Below the pieces are notes generated by a model that worked only from the letters and a program-made list of their open reading frames with translations, was not told where the DNA came from and did not search any database. Shown here piece by piece: positions 12,741 through 26,800 of a stretch of DNA of 64,000 nucleotides. The stretch covers positions 22,072,001 through 22,136,000 of the forward strand of contig CM052845.1 of the NCBI GenBank assembly GCA_028534125.1, given 5' to 3'. The position numbers and the translations under genes are program-made. How positions within the stretch are numbered: position 1 is the stretch's first letter; every line of letters starts with the position of its first letter. The stretch is from Lama glama (taxonomy: Eukaryota).

Positions 12741-12837
12741 CATATTTTAAGAGTTCTGAATTCCTAAGGCATCATGCTTTTAAAATGTATTATCATAAAA
12801 TTAAAGTTTTTTTTTACAAGATCTTTATAAGTGGAGA

Positions 12838-12930
12838 ATTATTTGTTGAGCCCTTATTCTAGGCATTGCCTGGAATCCAAAAATAAATCAGGCATGGGTC
12901 CTGCCCTCAGGGAGATTTAGATACTGAGGA
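12838..12930 (-). mobile_element. L2 3' end fragment
   Basis: atttgttgagccc...ctaggcattg...ggtcctgccctcagggagatttaga matches the reverse complement of the L2 3' end. Confidence 0.7.
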
Positions 12931-13097
12931 AGGTTTTTTAAAATGTAGATAAATACTGGCAATTAAGATAGAATGTATCCCATTTTACTTAGAGGAGTTC
13001 AGAGGAAGTGATGTAAGGACAAGGAGAAAAAGAAAAATTTTTGTGGAATTGTGGAGTTCTGAATTGCCTTTGAGAGAGTGGTGGAAGGTGGGTAGGG

Positions 13098-13206
13098 TTT
13101 TTTGGTTGTTGTTGTTAATGGAGGGGCTGGGGATTGAACCCAGGACCCCGTGCATGCTAAGCATGTTCTCTGCCACTGAGCTATCTATACCCTCCCCACT
13201 CCAGCA
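13098..13206 (-). mobile_element. tRNA-derived SINE (camelid Vic-1-like)
   Basis: Reverse complement reads ggggagggtatagatagctcagtggcagag...gtcctgggttcaatccccag (Pol III A and B boxes), A-rich tail, approximate TSD gggtagg(g)tttt. Confidence 0.88.
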
Positions 13207-16200
13207 GGGGTAGGTTTTGACCTCGTGATGATGGTGGGAGAAGGGGGTGTTCCAATGAGGCAGAAACAACACAGGCAAGGTCTGGAGATGGGGGTGGGTG
13301 GGATGTGTGACTCTGTGAAGCATGGCCCATGATGGTGGGCTTTCCAGGTGACTGTGGATTGTGAGAGGAGCCCTGGGCCATTTTTCTTAGTGGAGCTGAG
13401 TTTAAGATCCCCCGATGGAAGATGAACCAGACAACAGGAGAAGAAAGAAAACTTGTTAGTGATTGCAAAGGCGTCGGCGAGCCACGGGGACATCGGGAAG
13501 AAGCAAGAGGCACTGTGAAAGGGCAGGAGGGAGTAGTGGTGCGGGTTGTTGAGTCAACGGCAGAGTCACTGGCTTGTGATAAGTGAGTGCTTGTATAAAT
13601 TAACAGGACCTGCACACACACATTCTATATCTATGAAAGTTTTCCTGTCTTTAAAAAAATACACTTCTCACATGTTTGAAAGAAGTCTCTGCTATAACAA
13701 GCCAGCCTGAGCTCATAGTGCAGCAGATGCATTCACGGGAACTTGGGATGCTCAGCAAAAACGGTGAATTATTAGAAGAGGGAAGCAAAAAAAAAGAACT
13801 TTTTAATGAAGACCCTTGGGGATCATCAGAATTGTGCACTGATTTGAGCTTTAAGCAGTGCCATAATTTTTGGATTTTTATTTGATTTTTTTTATTAAAA
13901 TGCATTCACATGTATATTTCACATTTTAAATACCTGGGCATCCCCTAATTTACTTCTCTCCCTGGGAAGAGAGGGTAGATCCGCTTTTTATTTTTCTCTC
14001 CTTGCTCGCCTACACAAGTTGGAGGATTATGTTAGTGTCCTCCTTTAATGTGTGTTGAACGAGAGTCAAAATCTATGTGTCACCTTTCGAATCACAATCA
14101 CTCTGAAAAGAGCGACAGAAATGAGAAAGTCAAAGTGCCCTGTTCTCGCAGGCAGGGTGATCACTGATCATTACTCTGCTGAAGAGAGGGGCCCGCTGGA
14201 CAGCTAAGACTCGAGACACACTTTGCTTCTGTCTGTAGTTTGGCCGCTGGGGTGTCCTGGCTCCCCATGTGAGTTTGGGGGGACTCAGTTGAGCCCATAA
14301 AGACAGGCTTGCTCCTAAGTGTGTCTGCCGTGTTTTTCAGTCCATTGGTATGAAAATGGAGCAAAGGAAGAAGAGAAACCGCCTCCCTAGGGGGTATGGG
14401 AGAAACAGAAAAAAAGGTGCTGAGGGCGGGCTGGGGGGGATACACGCAGGTCTGAATGATCTGCAGTGAACCTAACTGAACAAGGATTGCAGACCCCAAT
14501 ACAAGGAACAGAATTTGTCTAAGAGGAGAGGAGAGGAGAGGATAGCATTAAAGAATAGAACTGATCTGTGGTCCCTGTCAGCTCCGTGGAGACCCTTGTG
14601 GTCCCAGAACAGCTTGGCGCTGCGGCGTGCGGGGTGGGGGTGGGGACATCCCTTGCAATGAATGTAATGAGTTATCTCACTGGTGCTGCCTTTGGTTTAA
14701 GTCAGTTCTCAACTTAAAAATATTTCACTCTGTTTTCCTAGACTAAAACTTATCCTACCAAATAAAGAGAAGTAAACCTTTTGAATGTGCCGTGGAAAGT
14801 TGAAAGGCTTCACGAAGGCTGGAGACCCCTTTTAATTTTCTGGATAATTACTTTGACTTCTCCAAGTGAATCACACAGCAACGTTTTAGACTTACTAATA
14901 CTCAGGAGTGGTAAAGCTGGACTGTAGGTTATGAGACATACAGATGTTCATTTTAAGAGAATTAGTCAAGTATTGAATATACGATAGTTCAGAAAATACT
15001 GATTTTTAAAAAATAACTCTTGCGCCCCCTCCCCCCCCCTGTTTAAATCACTTTAGGACTAAAAGACACATATGTATGAAACAAAACAACACAATATTTT
15101 ATGATTACCCACAATGACTGGTAGAGAAAAATACTAGCTGAAGCAGTTTGGTAAAGAGAAATGATATTGAGAGGATCTGATTTGAGAAGGACTCCGTCAC
15201 ACTCTACAGGTGTGATAATGTGCCATCTGAGAAGAAGTAAGGGAAAGATTTTCCGAGTTTGGGAAAAGCATGAGCCAAGACTTGGTGGTAGAAAGATTAT
15301 GTAGCTTCTCCTATTTTGGGAAGAGTGTAGAAAGAAGCCAGTATGGCAGATGAAAAGCAAAACACACGGTCTATTTTCCCGTAAGTAAAACATACAAAAT
15401 AAATAAGGAACCCGATTCTCAACGTTTCAGATTTGTTCTACTTGCCTGAACATGTGTAGGCAAAAATATAATCTGTAGTTAAAATGCAAATTTGGCCTTT
15501 AAAATCTGACTGTATTAATCAGGATGAATTAGAGCAAACTTGTCTGTCAGACCCGCTAATTAATATGTGTGACCATTAGATTTAAACCCAGTTGACTGAT
15601 GGAAACTTGAGCACACAGTGGAATGATGTCAAACAAACACGTTTCCAATTCTCTGAGTAGGACCCTGCCTGTTGCACGCTTCGTAGACTTTGTTTACACG
15701 CCCTGGTCACACTCACTTATTAGTGATTAAGGTTGGAATCTGCAGCAGGTGGAGTGAAATGAACATTTAGGCTGCACACTTTCATTTGTTAGTTCATTTC
15801 TGTTCTGGGTTATAATCTAGGAATGTTCCCTAACCCACACACTATGCTGTGGAATCCAAGAACTCAGAACCACCGGAGATTTACTCATTCTATTAAAAAA
15901 AACTCACTCAGTGATAAGGCAACAAATCGCTTCCTCTGAAGAACAGAGTGGAAATCACGTTGGAAGAAGGGGCGTGCGTAGAATAAGGTGTCTGGAAGTG
16001 TCAGGATCCAGCTTTCTACTCTGCCTTCTAAGTGCAGAAACTCGGTCGTTTTCCAGCCTCTCACAGTCCTGGATCTGACTGCGTTCCGTACGTCAGTTAC
16101 AAACCAACCAGTCTACAAGCTCCTCAAATATGTAAAATAATATAACAGTAGAATGGGTGTGCTATTTTCAGTCTCCTGACACCTGTAAATATTATACAAT

Positions 16201-16588
16201 AAACTCAGTTATAGGTGAACTCAGGATTATTTGGTGAGAATCAGACTAAAGATGCTTTGCTTAAGTAGCATGGAAGCCCGCGCCTGCCGTTCTGACGCCC
16301 GCGTGCTCGGTGTGGCCGCTGGAGGCTAAGGAGGCAGCAGCCTGGGTCAGGCAGTGCCCGCTGCCTCCGACCTGTCGAAGACAGACAGGAAGAGGGACGG
16401 TTTTCATTACCCAGGCTTCTGAAGGATGTGCTGGCAACGCCGTGACTCCACCTCGACACTGGGGATTAGGGTCCTGAAACCCACTGTGGGAAAATAAGTG
16501 AGAAAAAAATGTGTTTGGTTTTTTTTAATGGAGCTCAGAGGATTGAAGTTTATCACAACTGAGTGTATTAACACCCTATCATAAGAAT

Positions 16589-16638
16589 ATAATAATAATA
16601 ATAATAATAATTATTATTATTATTATTATTATTATTAT
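16589..16638. repeat. (AAT)n(ATT)n palindromic microsatellite
   Basis: Perfect 44-bp palindrome at 16589-16632, centred at 16610/16611. Confidence 0.95.
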
Positions 16639-16679
16639 ACACGAGCTGAAACAAGGTAATAGCATTTCTTCTTGCTAAA

Positions 16680-16925
16680 TAAGTCAGATTAGGAACTCTG
16701 CTGTTAATTGTATACAGCGAGCCTTGAGCCTTCCTCCAGCGTAGGAACCACCACCGGATGCCCCTTCCCACACCTCCCGGCTCGTGACAAGGGGTCTCTA
16801 ACTTCATTTCTTTACTTGAGAGTGGGATAAATAATGGTTTTCTTGCTCAGAAATTTATTATCAGAAGCAAATGAAATACTTCATGGAAGCACAGAGAAAC
16901 TCTCAATAAAAATTAACCATTATTC
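16680..16925 (+). mobile_element. MIR (degenerate)
   Basis: tctctaacttcatttcttt...aaatgaaatacttcatggaagcac...ctcaataaaaattaaccattatt resembles the MIR 3' part. Confidence 0.55.
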
Positions 16926-19095
16926 TTTTTAAAAAATTATTGATGTCTTCTTTATTCTTTCATCTAGACCTTGGGCACATGCAAGAAAATTATTTTTCAC
17001 TCTTGGTAGGGTGAAAGATTCCCCCCCCCCAATTTTTTCACTCTTATTTCTTGATATGATGATAAATTAGTGCCTCCAATTTCCCAGTTGTCCCCTACGT
17101 TTTGTCATTAGTCCCTGCAGAAATTTGAATTTCCACCCTCCTTCCCCCCATATTTTTCTGGACCTCTTCTTCCATGTTGTTTGCTGAATGTCACTAAAAC
17201 AGGCTCTGATGGATTAAAAACCCCACCCTCCTTCCGTAATACAGGGAGAAGCCTGCCTTTCAGGCTGTCCAGAGTGCCGTGACCCTGTTCCTACCGTCCC
17301 ACCCTGCACAGGGCGTCCCTCGCCGCCTGCCGCACCTGTGCACTCTGCAGTGTCCAGGACAGGGCTCAGCAGTGGCGGGCCATTGCCATGTTTGCTGGAG
17401 TCCGTCATCGGTCCCTTTGCTTTGATTTCACGCGTGTAAAGGCAGCTCCACAGTTACCTCCATTTCTCCGTCTGTCATCAGCGCTCCTCAGGAAGGAGCT
17501 CACAGAAGCAGAGCTTCTTTCATTGTGTGCTTCTCCTTTTTTCCAACAAACCAAAAGCTTTCTCCTTGGCTGCCTGGTTGTGGTTCCTTCTTTAGATCTT
17601 TAGTTGCAGAAAATCTTGTCTGCTGGTCTTCAGGTCATTCTCATCCAGACAGCTGCCCTGTAAATAGGTGTAGTTTTGGTGTGCCTGTGGTAGGAGGGAG
17701 CCCCACCTTCCTGCTCTGGTAGGAGCCTTCTCCTCCGTATGAATGAGACCCACTTGGAGAGAAGCGTATCGACATGGATCTAGCTAAAAGGGGAGGCATT
17801 TGTGCCGGGGAAGATTTGAGTCGATGAGGTGGCCAGTCTGAGTTCACCGCTCGCTTCATGTGGCTGGTGAAGCGACGCGTATCAGATTGGAATGAAAAGC
17901 CAGAGAGAAAATGACAGTGGAAGGCAAAATGGTACCGGAACCAGCTTCTCATCATTCACTTCTCTATTCTGAGTTTCCCACCCCTGACAAATCCTCACTG
18001 TAGGTGTCTGCATCCCACTGAGTCCCCTGTAAGGTCAGATGCCTGAAGACTGGTCAGTTTCTGACGATCCCTGGACTCTAAGGATGCTCAGGCTGCCTCC
18101 TTGAAGCGCCCACAGTCATGTCTGACTCTGCTCCTCTCTTCTGCCTGCTTGTTTTAATTACAACAAAGAGAGAGCCTGGAAGTCCATCCCCACTGCACTC
18201 AGGATGCTCAGCCCCTTCTCTCCTGGGGCTCAGCCCACGCCATATCCACCCATTAAGACTGCTTTCTCTGATTGCTTTCTTGGCTGTGGGAACTGGTCGG
18301 GGTTTAAATAGCTTCTAAATGACTTATTTAAGATTCCCTCATTTCCTGCCGTGTGGGGAGGTGAATGGATTCAGATACAAATCCATCATCAGAGCTTTCA
18401 CAAAGACCTGCTCTTGGAGGCTGGAACAGTTCACCTTCCTGGTGTTTTATCAACGAAGCCACTGAAAACACAATCAGATGATAGCTGCTCTCTCTGATCA
18501 CAAGCCAATCAAGCATTCCGTTTTCCTGTCTCTATATTCATCTGTCACGTCCAGAGAAGACCACCATGACAAATAACGTGTTCTGGTTTTGGACGGTCAC
18601 CGAGTCGGTGATGAATTTCGTTTGCTCTTCAGTTTTCTTTTCAAGAATATTCTTCAGGTTTGTTTCTGGCCCCAGAGTACTCTCAAGGGATGTGGAATAA
18701 ATATATGGCCTTGTCTCTGTCTTCAAGTAACTTTCATTTTAGTTGAAGGAGATAAATAATACATGAGAGACTTGGAATGCAGGCTGTGATGATGGGTAAG
18801 TAACAGAGTGTGTGAGGAAAGCATTGGTTCTGAGAGGGAAGCCCAGGGAAACAGCTCACGGAAAAGGTGTAAGTAGAGCCTCCAGTTAGATCCTGTGATG
18901 GAGGAGGAAGAGGGCCTTGGCATCCTCGCCACAGCGTCTACTGGCTGACGTGGGCTGAGCCCTGAAAGGCTCGTGGCCACTAGGAAAAAGCTGCTCTCAA
19001 GATTTCTCTGGGGATTCCATTTGATTCCGGATACCTTCTCCTGAATGCCAACAGAAACCAGGCTATTGGTAACTCTGAGGACTTAAATGAGTCTA

Positions 19096-19232
19096 GGGGA
19101 GAGTGTAGCTCAAGTGGTAGAGCGCATGCACAAAGTCCTGGGTTCAATCCCCAGCACCTCCTCTAAAGGTAAATAAGCCTAGTTACCTCCCCCGTGCCAA
19201 AATAAAAATAATACTGTAATAAATAAATAAAG
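19096..19232 (+). mobile_element. tRNA-derived SINE (camelid Vic-1-like)
   Basis: ggggagagtgtagctcaagtggtagagc (A box), gggttcaatcccc (B box), AT-rich tail with aaat repeats. Confidence 0.9.
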
Positions 19233-19640
19233 TACTTTCAAAAAGAAAGAAAACGATTCTAGAAAATCTTCATAAATTGAATTATGTCCTTTGATATTCT
19301 GCTTAAATGTACAAAGCAAAGTGCTCCTGGCCCCAGAAACTTGGGTCCTTCTTTTGTGAGATCTTTTGGAAACTGCCATTTGTGCATTTTTGAATTGCAG
19401 TTTTTGAATCAGTCCCCCACAGGCTTCTGGTGGTGCACTGGCATCCTTGGGTGTTCCGTGGCTTACAGGTGCTGCACGCCAGTCTGCCTTCATCATCGCG
19501 CGGGTGCCCTCCCTGGGTGCCTCTGTCCTTGCGTGGCATTTTAGCTTCTAAAGACATTTTACAGTCTTGTTTTTAAATGAACAAATGATTAGCAAAATAA
19601 TTGTACGCACCTAACACCAGCAACCGACACTGAAGACCAT

Positions 19641-19659
19641 CCCCAGTAGATGGCGCTGT
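19641..19659 (+). promoter_or_regulatory. CTCF-binding motif
   Basis: ccCCAGTAGATGGCGCTgt fits the CTCF core consensus CCASYAGRKGGCRS. Confidence 0.65.
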
Positions 19660-21379
19660 TGAAACTAAAAGCACAATTCAGTGTTCTGCTGTCCTTCGGA
19701 AAAAGGGGGTAGTTTTCCACTGTCTTCCAAGCATTGCCTATTTATAAACAGAAATTAAGAGTGTTTGCTCTCTGTTAAGAATAGCTTCTTTCCTCACTCC
19801 TAAATTTAAGAAAAGTCCAAAATTCTTCGTCCAGAATGAAGTGTAGATTTAGTGTTCTTGACACACTGACCAGCGTTCAGACCAAGTCATATTCTCATGG
19901 GTATTGGTTATTGAGAATTCAGCGGCTTCTAAAAATTCAAAGTAAACACACTGAATTCAGTGATAAATCTATAGATATCAACCCAGAAGTCTAATTAGAC
20001 TGTTTCTGTTTGGTAGACAATTATTTGATAGAATTGGAGAATTTCATTGGAGCTTAAAATTAAGGAACTGGAATCTATTCAGGAAAAAGTGAGACTTGGC
20101 TGACAGTGTGCTTTCTCTTTTTTCCCTTTGCATATCTGCGTCCTCTGGCTTTACTAATTGCTCTGGTCGCCTTTTGCCCACCAGTCCCCCCATTATAATA
20201 CTGCCTGGATTCTTGTCAGACTTCATACTTCCTCATCCTCTCAGTCATTATCTTTTCATCATGTATTTAGTTTGGAGGTACCCTGCTCCAGAACTGTGCT
20301 GGACCATGGAGAGGTCAAGAAAAGTAAAAATAAAAAAGTTCAAGAAAAGTAAAATGATCAATAAATGGAATCTCAGCACTGAGAGATTTTATAATCCAGC
20401 AGAGATGATAAACACATTCAAAAATGAGCACAAAGTTAAATAAGCATTGTCTGCCTTCTCATCCCCAGCCTTGTAACTAGAAAATATTAATCACTCAATA
20501 AATTAATGATGGCTAATACTGTTCCCCTAGAAAACCTTACTATTTAAATATAAAAAGTATATTAGATGGAGAAAAAAACTTGGACATTTTGTGAGTAGAA
20601 ATGGAAGGACCACTGCCTCTTATCATGACAGACTTGAGCCAAAATATCGCAGAAATGGTCACAGGGTGTCACTGTGACTGTAAGTCCGTCTGCTGGGCAG
20701 GACTGTTACCAGGCTTCAAACCAAATGGTTTCTTCAGAAAGATTTCGGATGAAAGTCTGGGATTTTCTGTTTCTTCTTTGGTAAGCAGGCCACTGTTCAT
20801 GTGCTGCTTTGCCGAGACCACACTATGCTCCAAGTGTTCCTTGTGTTAATAAATACCAAGCTGCCGACTCTCCCATGATTTTTGTAACCTGATTAGGCAA
20901 CACTCAGTATTAACTATTCCTGACTCACATTAGTACATAGAATTTGCAAATTAGAGTCAGTTATGATTTGCAAATTGAAGTTAATTAGGAAGTCCTAAGA
21001 CACCACCTCCTAAAAAGGCCAAAACACTTTGCATAGAAATAGCCAATTTAGGAGTCACGATTTTCCGACTGCTTTTTGGCAAACAGTTATTCCTGTGAGC
21101 TGTTCTCAGGACTGAAGCGAAGAGAGAAATATTATTAGCAGAGTCGGCGAAGACTTCAAAAGTGATTACAGCAGTTTTTTTTTTCTTAAGGACTTGGGAC
21201 TGAGCTTCTGTGGGGCTCACTTTTTGTCCAGTGACAAAATTTAATAGTTTGAAAGACAACGATAGCTCATCAATGAAAAGAAAGGCAGTTTACGGAGGAG
21301 TTTCAGAAATAAATGCATGATCATCTCTTGAGATGTTACCGTTAGACCTTATTCTTTCTTACGGAATTTCAGCGGTCAA

Positions 21380-22200
21380 AAAAAGCAAAAAGTTATCTGT
21401 GACAATAACAAACTTATAACAGACAGAAATTTATTATTTAAAAATATAAGGTATCAAGACGCCTTAAATAATTAAGTGGAATTATATGTCAAAAAAATAC
21501 TACATCATTTACCACGTTAATGGAGTAAGGGAACAGCATGACCTTCACGGTGCCTGCTGAGAAAATATCTGACACCGTTCGTTATCCATGATAAAAGTCT
21601 CAGACGTTCATTTAATGCTATACGGACCACTGCAATATCCTACAGCAGAGAGCATATGTAAAACAGAAATTTTAGACTCAGTATTGCTAAGAAATTTTCA
21701 AGAATAAGTCAAGAATGTTTCCAAGATCAAGGACAAGGAAAGAATGTTCCGGGCAAAGCAGTAAGGCCTGAACCTGAACTAAGGAGTAAAAAATATCAGA
21801 ATAAACAGACAAATCTCATAATTTGCAAGGGACACGATTATCTGATTTTGCAATTAAATATAAATAGCAAAATGTTAAGATACAAACTATTAAAAAACTA
21901 AAAGAATTGGATCAAGTTTCTGGATATAAATCAATTTACAAAGCGTATACACGGCATGCGCTAAGGGTCTAGAATGTATGTTATTAAAAAATAACCATTT
22001 AAAAAAGCCACAAAACGTAGACATGGATGTTACTGACTCTAGACATTGACATTCTCTTTAAAGGACATTAGAAGTGATCTAAACACGCGAGAGCCGTTAT
22101 ATTCATACTAGTTTCTAAATGCAATTCAATTTCAGGGCAAATTTCTGTAACATGTTTTCCTAGGAAAGCTGTGAACCTGATACTAATTTCTATGTGATGT
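21380..22200 (+). mobile_element. Old L1 (L1ME/L1M5-like) ORF2 remnant
   Basis: A-rich with degenerate L1 ORF2 motifs (gaaaatatctgacacc, aagatcaaggacaagg, tggatataaatcaatttacaaa). Confidence 0.6.
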
Positions 22201-22282
22201 TACAGTTTCTGTTTTCCTGCAGCCTGTGTCCTAAAAGATATGAGAATCTAAGATCATTTGAAAAATAGGATCAAAGGAGGTA

Positions 22283-22665
22283 GCCATCTGTGTGTCTTCT
22301 TTGGAAAAGTGTCCATTCAGGTCTCCTGCACAGTTTTTAATCAGGTTGTTAGTTTTTTTTTGCTTTTTTGTTTTTGATATTCAGTTGTATAAGCTGTTTA
22401 CATATGTTGGCTATCAACCCCTTTTGGGACGTATCATTCGCAAATATTTTCTTCCATTCAGAAGGTTGTCTTTGTTTTGTCGATGGTTTCCTTTGCTGTG
22501 CAAAAGCTTTTAAGTTTAGTTGTGCCCCATTTGTTTGTTTTTGCTTCTACTTCTTTTGTCTTAGGAGATAGATCCAAAAAATATGACTACGATTCACATC
22601 AGAGTGTGTTCTGCCTAAGTTTTATTCTAAGAGTTTAATGGTTTCATGTCTCACATTTAGGTCTT
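22283..22665 (-). mobile_element. L1 ORF2 3' fragment (younger)
   Basis: gccatctgtgtgtcttctttggaaaagtgtccattcaggtc...cttgctgtgcaaaagcttttaagttta...tctcacatttaggtct is standard antisense L1. Confidence 0.9.
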
Positions 22666-25600
22666 CATAAGTCCAACACTTCTTTTAAGCACTATTGTAT
22701 CAAAGTCCTTGGAAATTTTAGTAGGTCTGTAAAGACTTTTTAAGGGGAACATTACCTTAAAAAATTACTTTAAAAAATATTTGTGGACCCCCTAATGTTA
22801 TAATTTCAGACACCTAACATCCTTTAATTTAGCAAAGCATTGACCAATGTGGTCTTTGTTACCCGTGGTGCATCTGTGTGGAGTCTGACCTTGGTAGATG
22901 ATAAAATTACAAGTTTAAAGGAAAGTGGGGTTTGACTAGCTTGATATTTTGAACGTTGGAGGGAAAAAATACTAATGAAAGGAAATTCTGTGTAATTAAA
23001 ATTTTTATTAAGCAATTTGGAGAGAATTTCAATGCTGAGTTAGAATCTGAGATGCAGAAAGAGGCAGTGAGTCCCCACTTAAAACCGGTTATCGTTCTGA
23101 GTGGCGTTCACCTCTGGAAGCCTCAGAGAATCTCCGACGCCCGGGTTTGTTAGGTGACCTCGTAACAAAGGAAGTGTCCCTTCCTCTGAGGCAACATGTA
23201 AGGAGGGTCAAGCACAAGTTAATAATATTCCTGAAATAATCCCAGAAGTTTATTTTCAAAGAGAAAAAGCTCCATCTAACTGCATCCACGTGGAGAGGGT
23301 AGTGATTAATATTCATAATAACAGGCTATTTTAAGTAGAGATCGTCATTGTCGCCCTGAAACTCTCGTGTTGCAAAATTGTGGGGCCCCGGAGAAGCTGA
23401 GGACAGGTACCCTTAGACGTCTGACGGACTAACTCTCTCTTTGGGGAAAGGGAATAATTGGATGCTCTGTTTGGAGAACTGAATGTGAAAATGAGTCCTT
23501 TTCTAAATGTATGCAGAGAAGGGGTAATTTTCTTTCCTGTGTCTGTGTGAGTCAGATAGGTGCGTGTCCGCATCGTTTCTGGCAGCTCTGGTGACAGCTG
23601 TGTGTTATCATGTCAGCATAAATTATTCTAAAATCTTCTGGCCACGCATGCTTCCCAAGGGCCTGCGCGCATATCTCTAGGACCCAGATACCCTCCGGGA
23701 GTCCAAGATACCAGAAGGAGGCTCGAGTAAGTCTGTAAAGGAGCTCTGCTCCCGGTCACGGGCTGGACAGCAATATTTATTTTATTTAGAAACCATCAGA
23801 CTGCAGTCATATTACAAATGCCACATGTATTCTCCTAGTTTGAGGGTATCACTGCATTATAATACAGAAGAATAAAGTCTGTAATGAGGACAGAGAGCCA
23901 CAGTTTTATAATTTGGGCTCCTAAGGGGCAGGTACTGTTGCACTGGGACAGATTCCATCCAAATGTGTAGGAAAACCAATTGGCTTTTAAATTGTGACTC
24001 TTTGATTATTAAAAAGACATACTGCTTTAAAAACTCCACCCTCAATCAGTCTTCCCCATGGAAATCTTTTATTATTTAAAATTTAAGTATCAAAAATTAG
24101 TTTTAATATACTAGAGATTTTTAAAGTAACACTGGTGGATCCTTTGAGTAATGTAAAAATGCAGTCTTTATTTACTTAAAAAATTTTTACATAGTGTTTT
24201 CTGTGGTTTAAATTATTTAAAGTATAGTTATAAACATAGTGCTTTATAAATAGAAAAAATCAAGATACAGATAAGCAAAAGCAAGAAAAGAAATTCAGTG
24301 TTAATTTCATTAACTAGCAATAATAACTATGAACCCACGTGATTCTGCACATTATTGCAGAATTCCTACAGACACACTCACATTTTTAAAGGGAGTTCTG
24401 TACTTAAGGGACCTTAAATGATGACTGTACCTAACTATTTTGGAAACCACACTTTCCCACTAATCAGTATATTATCAGTATAGAGTTTTCTTTTTTAATT
24501 TTCTTTTTAAAAAAACGGTTCTGACTTCACACTTTAAGAAAACGGATTGTCTTTCAGCAGTCATGCATTTATTTGTCCTTAAGTGTTTTTAGTCCTTCTT
24601 GAACTCGACATGCTTGAATATTCTGGCTTGAAAGCAATCCGTACAGACAGCATGTGCTTGTGAAGTCATTCCGAAGTGGTGCACACGAGGCACGGTTAGT
24701 GGCTTAAGACCCAAATCTCACATTCAGAACTGTCGATGTCATAGTTTGTGAAATGAGTTACTTCACTGTAATTCCTGCTTCCTTGCTAGGAGAGAATCTC
24801 TGTTGCTAGGACCTTCCTTTCGTGTTTTAAATTGGAAGATGAGCCGTTCCTAGGTGGTGCCAGCTTGGCATCCTTTCTGAGGCATTTGTGAATCATACTC
24901 TTGGAAGCTCTGCTGGCTCCTGGCGTGGTCCCCTCCGCTTCTGTGAAGTCACCGTAGCTTTGTCAAATTGTCTTAGTACGGAAGGTGCCTTCACTTAGAC
25001 TCTTTTCCTTTTGCAGTTAATTCCCCAAGATTTTACATAACTCTTGTGTGCTATTATCAATGTTACAGTGTTGCATGTTATAATATACTTGACAAAATAT
25101 TTTTAAAAATATTAGTAAAAACACGTCACACTAGGCATGTGAATCTGTTACCTAACCATGTTGTCAGACTCGAGGAACCATCCGCATTAAAATTACAGCA
25201 ATTTAAAGACAACTGTCATAATTCATTACATTTTGATGATTTAACTGAACCACAGGTATAAATCATTCAGGGTTAGTCATTCCAGAGACTGATAAGAAGA
25301 TAGCTTAATAATATCTAAAATTTCATGAAAGACATCCTTTCGAAACAGTTTAAGTGACAGCAAGGCTAATTAAAGCCCACCTTTGTTTCTGTTTTCACTT
25401 AACCGTGAACAGCAAGTCATTCAGATTTCAGAACGTGCTTAAGAAATGGTATTAATATTAGTATCCAGTGACTTTTTTTGATAATTGGTATATTTAAGGT
25501 AATTTATGGTTAAAAATTCCCTTGGAAATTACTTATGGTCAATTGTGATTCTTTTTGTTTGTTTTTCAGTTCAGGTGGGACATCATAGACATAATTTATG

Positions 25601-26379
25601 AAATATCCATTTAAAAATGTTAGTATTTCACAAAATGCTGAAGAAATCAAATCACATGATAAGAAAATCTAAATGTCTAAATTATGCTACGTTGGAGCTT
25701 GTTTCTTTTAAAATCAGATATTATTTGAAATAAATGGGATATTTATGGAAAATATCTTCCTCTTAATTTGGTTTGAAAACTTTTGTTGTTGAAGCTTTGC
25801 GAGAACAGGATTTGAAGTGTGCAAAGCATCACATTTAATAAACTCCATTAGACGTCCAAAGGATTGGTTCTAATGGCTGTTCATTGGAATAGATGTGTTA
25901 CTCAGATCACATGTCTGTACTCAGAGATGGACACATTAAATATGACAGAACGTCTTCCTTTCTGTAACGGATGGATTAGCAACTAAATAGAATTATTTTG
26001 GACTCAAGAAGACGGGTTTTATTGCATGCCACTCTCTCTCGGATACTAGAATTTTTTCTAAGCAAATGAAGGCACCTGCCAGTCCATTTGGTTTATTGGT
26101 CGGCTGGCATATGTATGTGCCTGTGTGTGTGGTTAACAAGTCAGTGCTAGACAGAATTAATATAAGGGCTCAAATAGAAATCAGCTCACTTTGTTTCTAA
26201 AGGAACTAATGGATAAAACGTTCATCATCAATAATATTTGAAAAGATCAAAAACAGAAAAAAACCCCAAACCCCCAGCACATGCACACACATGTCCATCC
26301 CTTGTTCCCTTCCTTCATTAATTACACCTGCACACATGTGAGTGTTCCCCGTGTGTCATAAATCAGACGATGATGATAC

Positions 26380-26800
26380 AGAAATGTGCATGTTGTCCCT
26401 TGAGCTTTTTAGGCTTACAGTCTAGTAGGCAGATTATCACAGGTATTCATGAAATTAATTGTAAACCAATTTTGTAATTCAGTTGTAATTAATTGAAACC
26501 AATGAATGAACATTTCCACTTGGCTAGGGAGGAGGTCGGGAAAAGCTTTAATTCAAGGAAATCATGGTTCAGCTGAGTCTTAACAAGGCATGAGCTGTTT
26601 GTCAGGTGAACATGCTCAGTCAGTGCGTTCTGGTCAGAAGGAATAACGTGGGCAAAGCGTGTGGGGTGGCGTGCTAACGGGCTGTGTGGTGTTGCCATGG
26701 TTCTGGGAGGTGACGCACAGATGTGGTAGTCAGTCAGGTGTTTTGTTCGGTGAGTCATGGCACCTTAACCAAAAAAGTGTTCATTTTCTCATGTGACACT
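26380..26800 (-). mobile_element. L2 fragment
   Basis: gcttacagtctagt...cagctgagtcttaa...gttctggtcagaaggaataacgtgggcaaag. Confidence 0.7.

Noticed and set aside
19096-19170. tRNA-like gene
   Set aside because: A and B boxes are present but there is no cloverleaf; the AT-rich tail and related copies in the window identify it as a SINE
25560-26050. Possible exon or transposase remnant in AT-rich unique sequence
   Set aside because: No ORF of 60 aa or more in the track and no recognisable motif in the frame I translated
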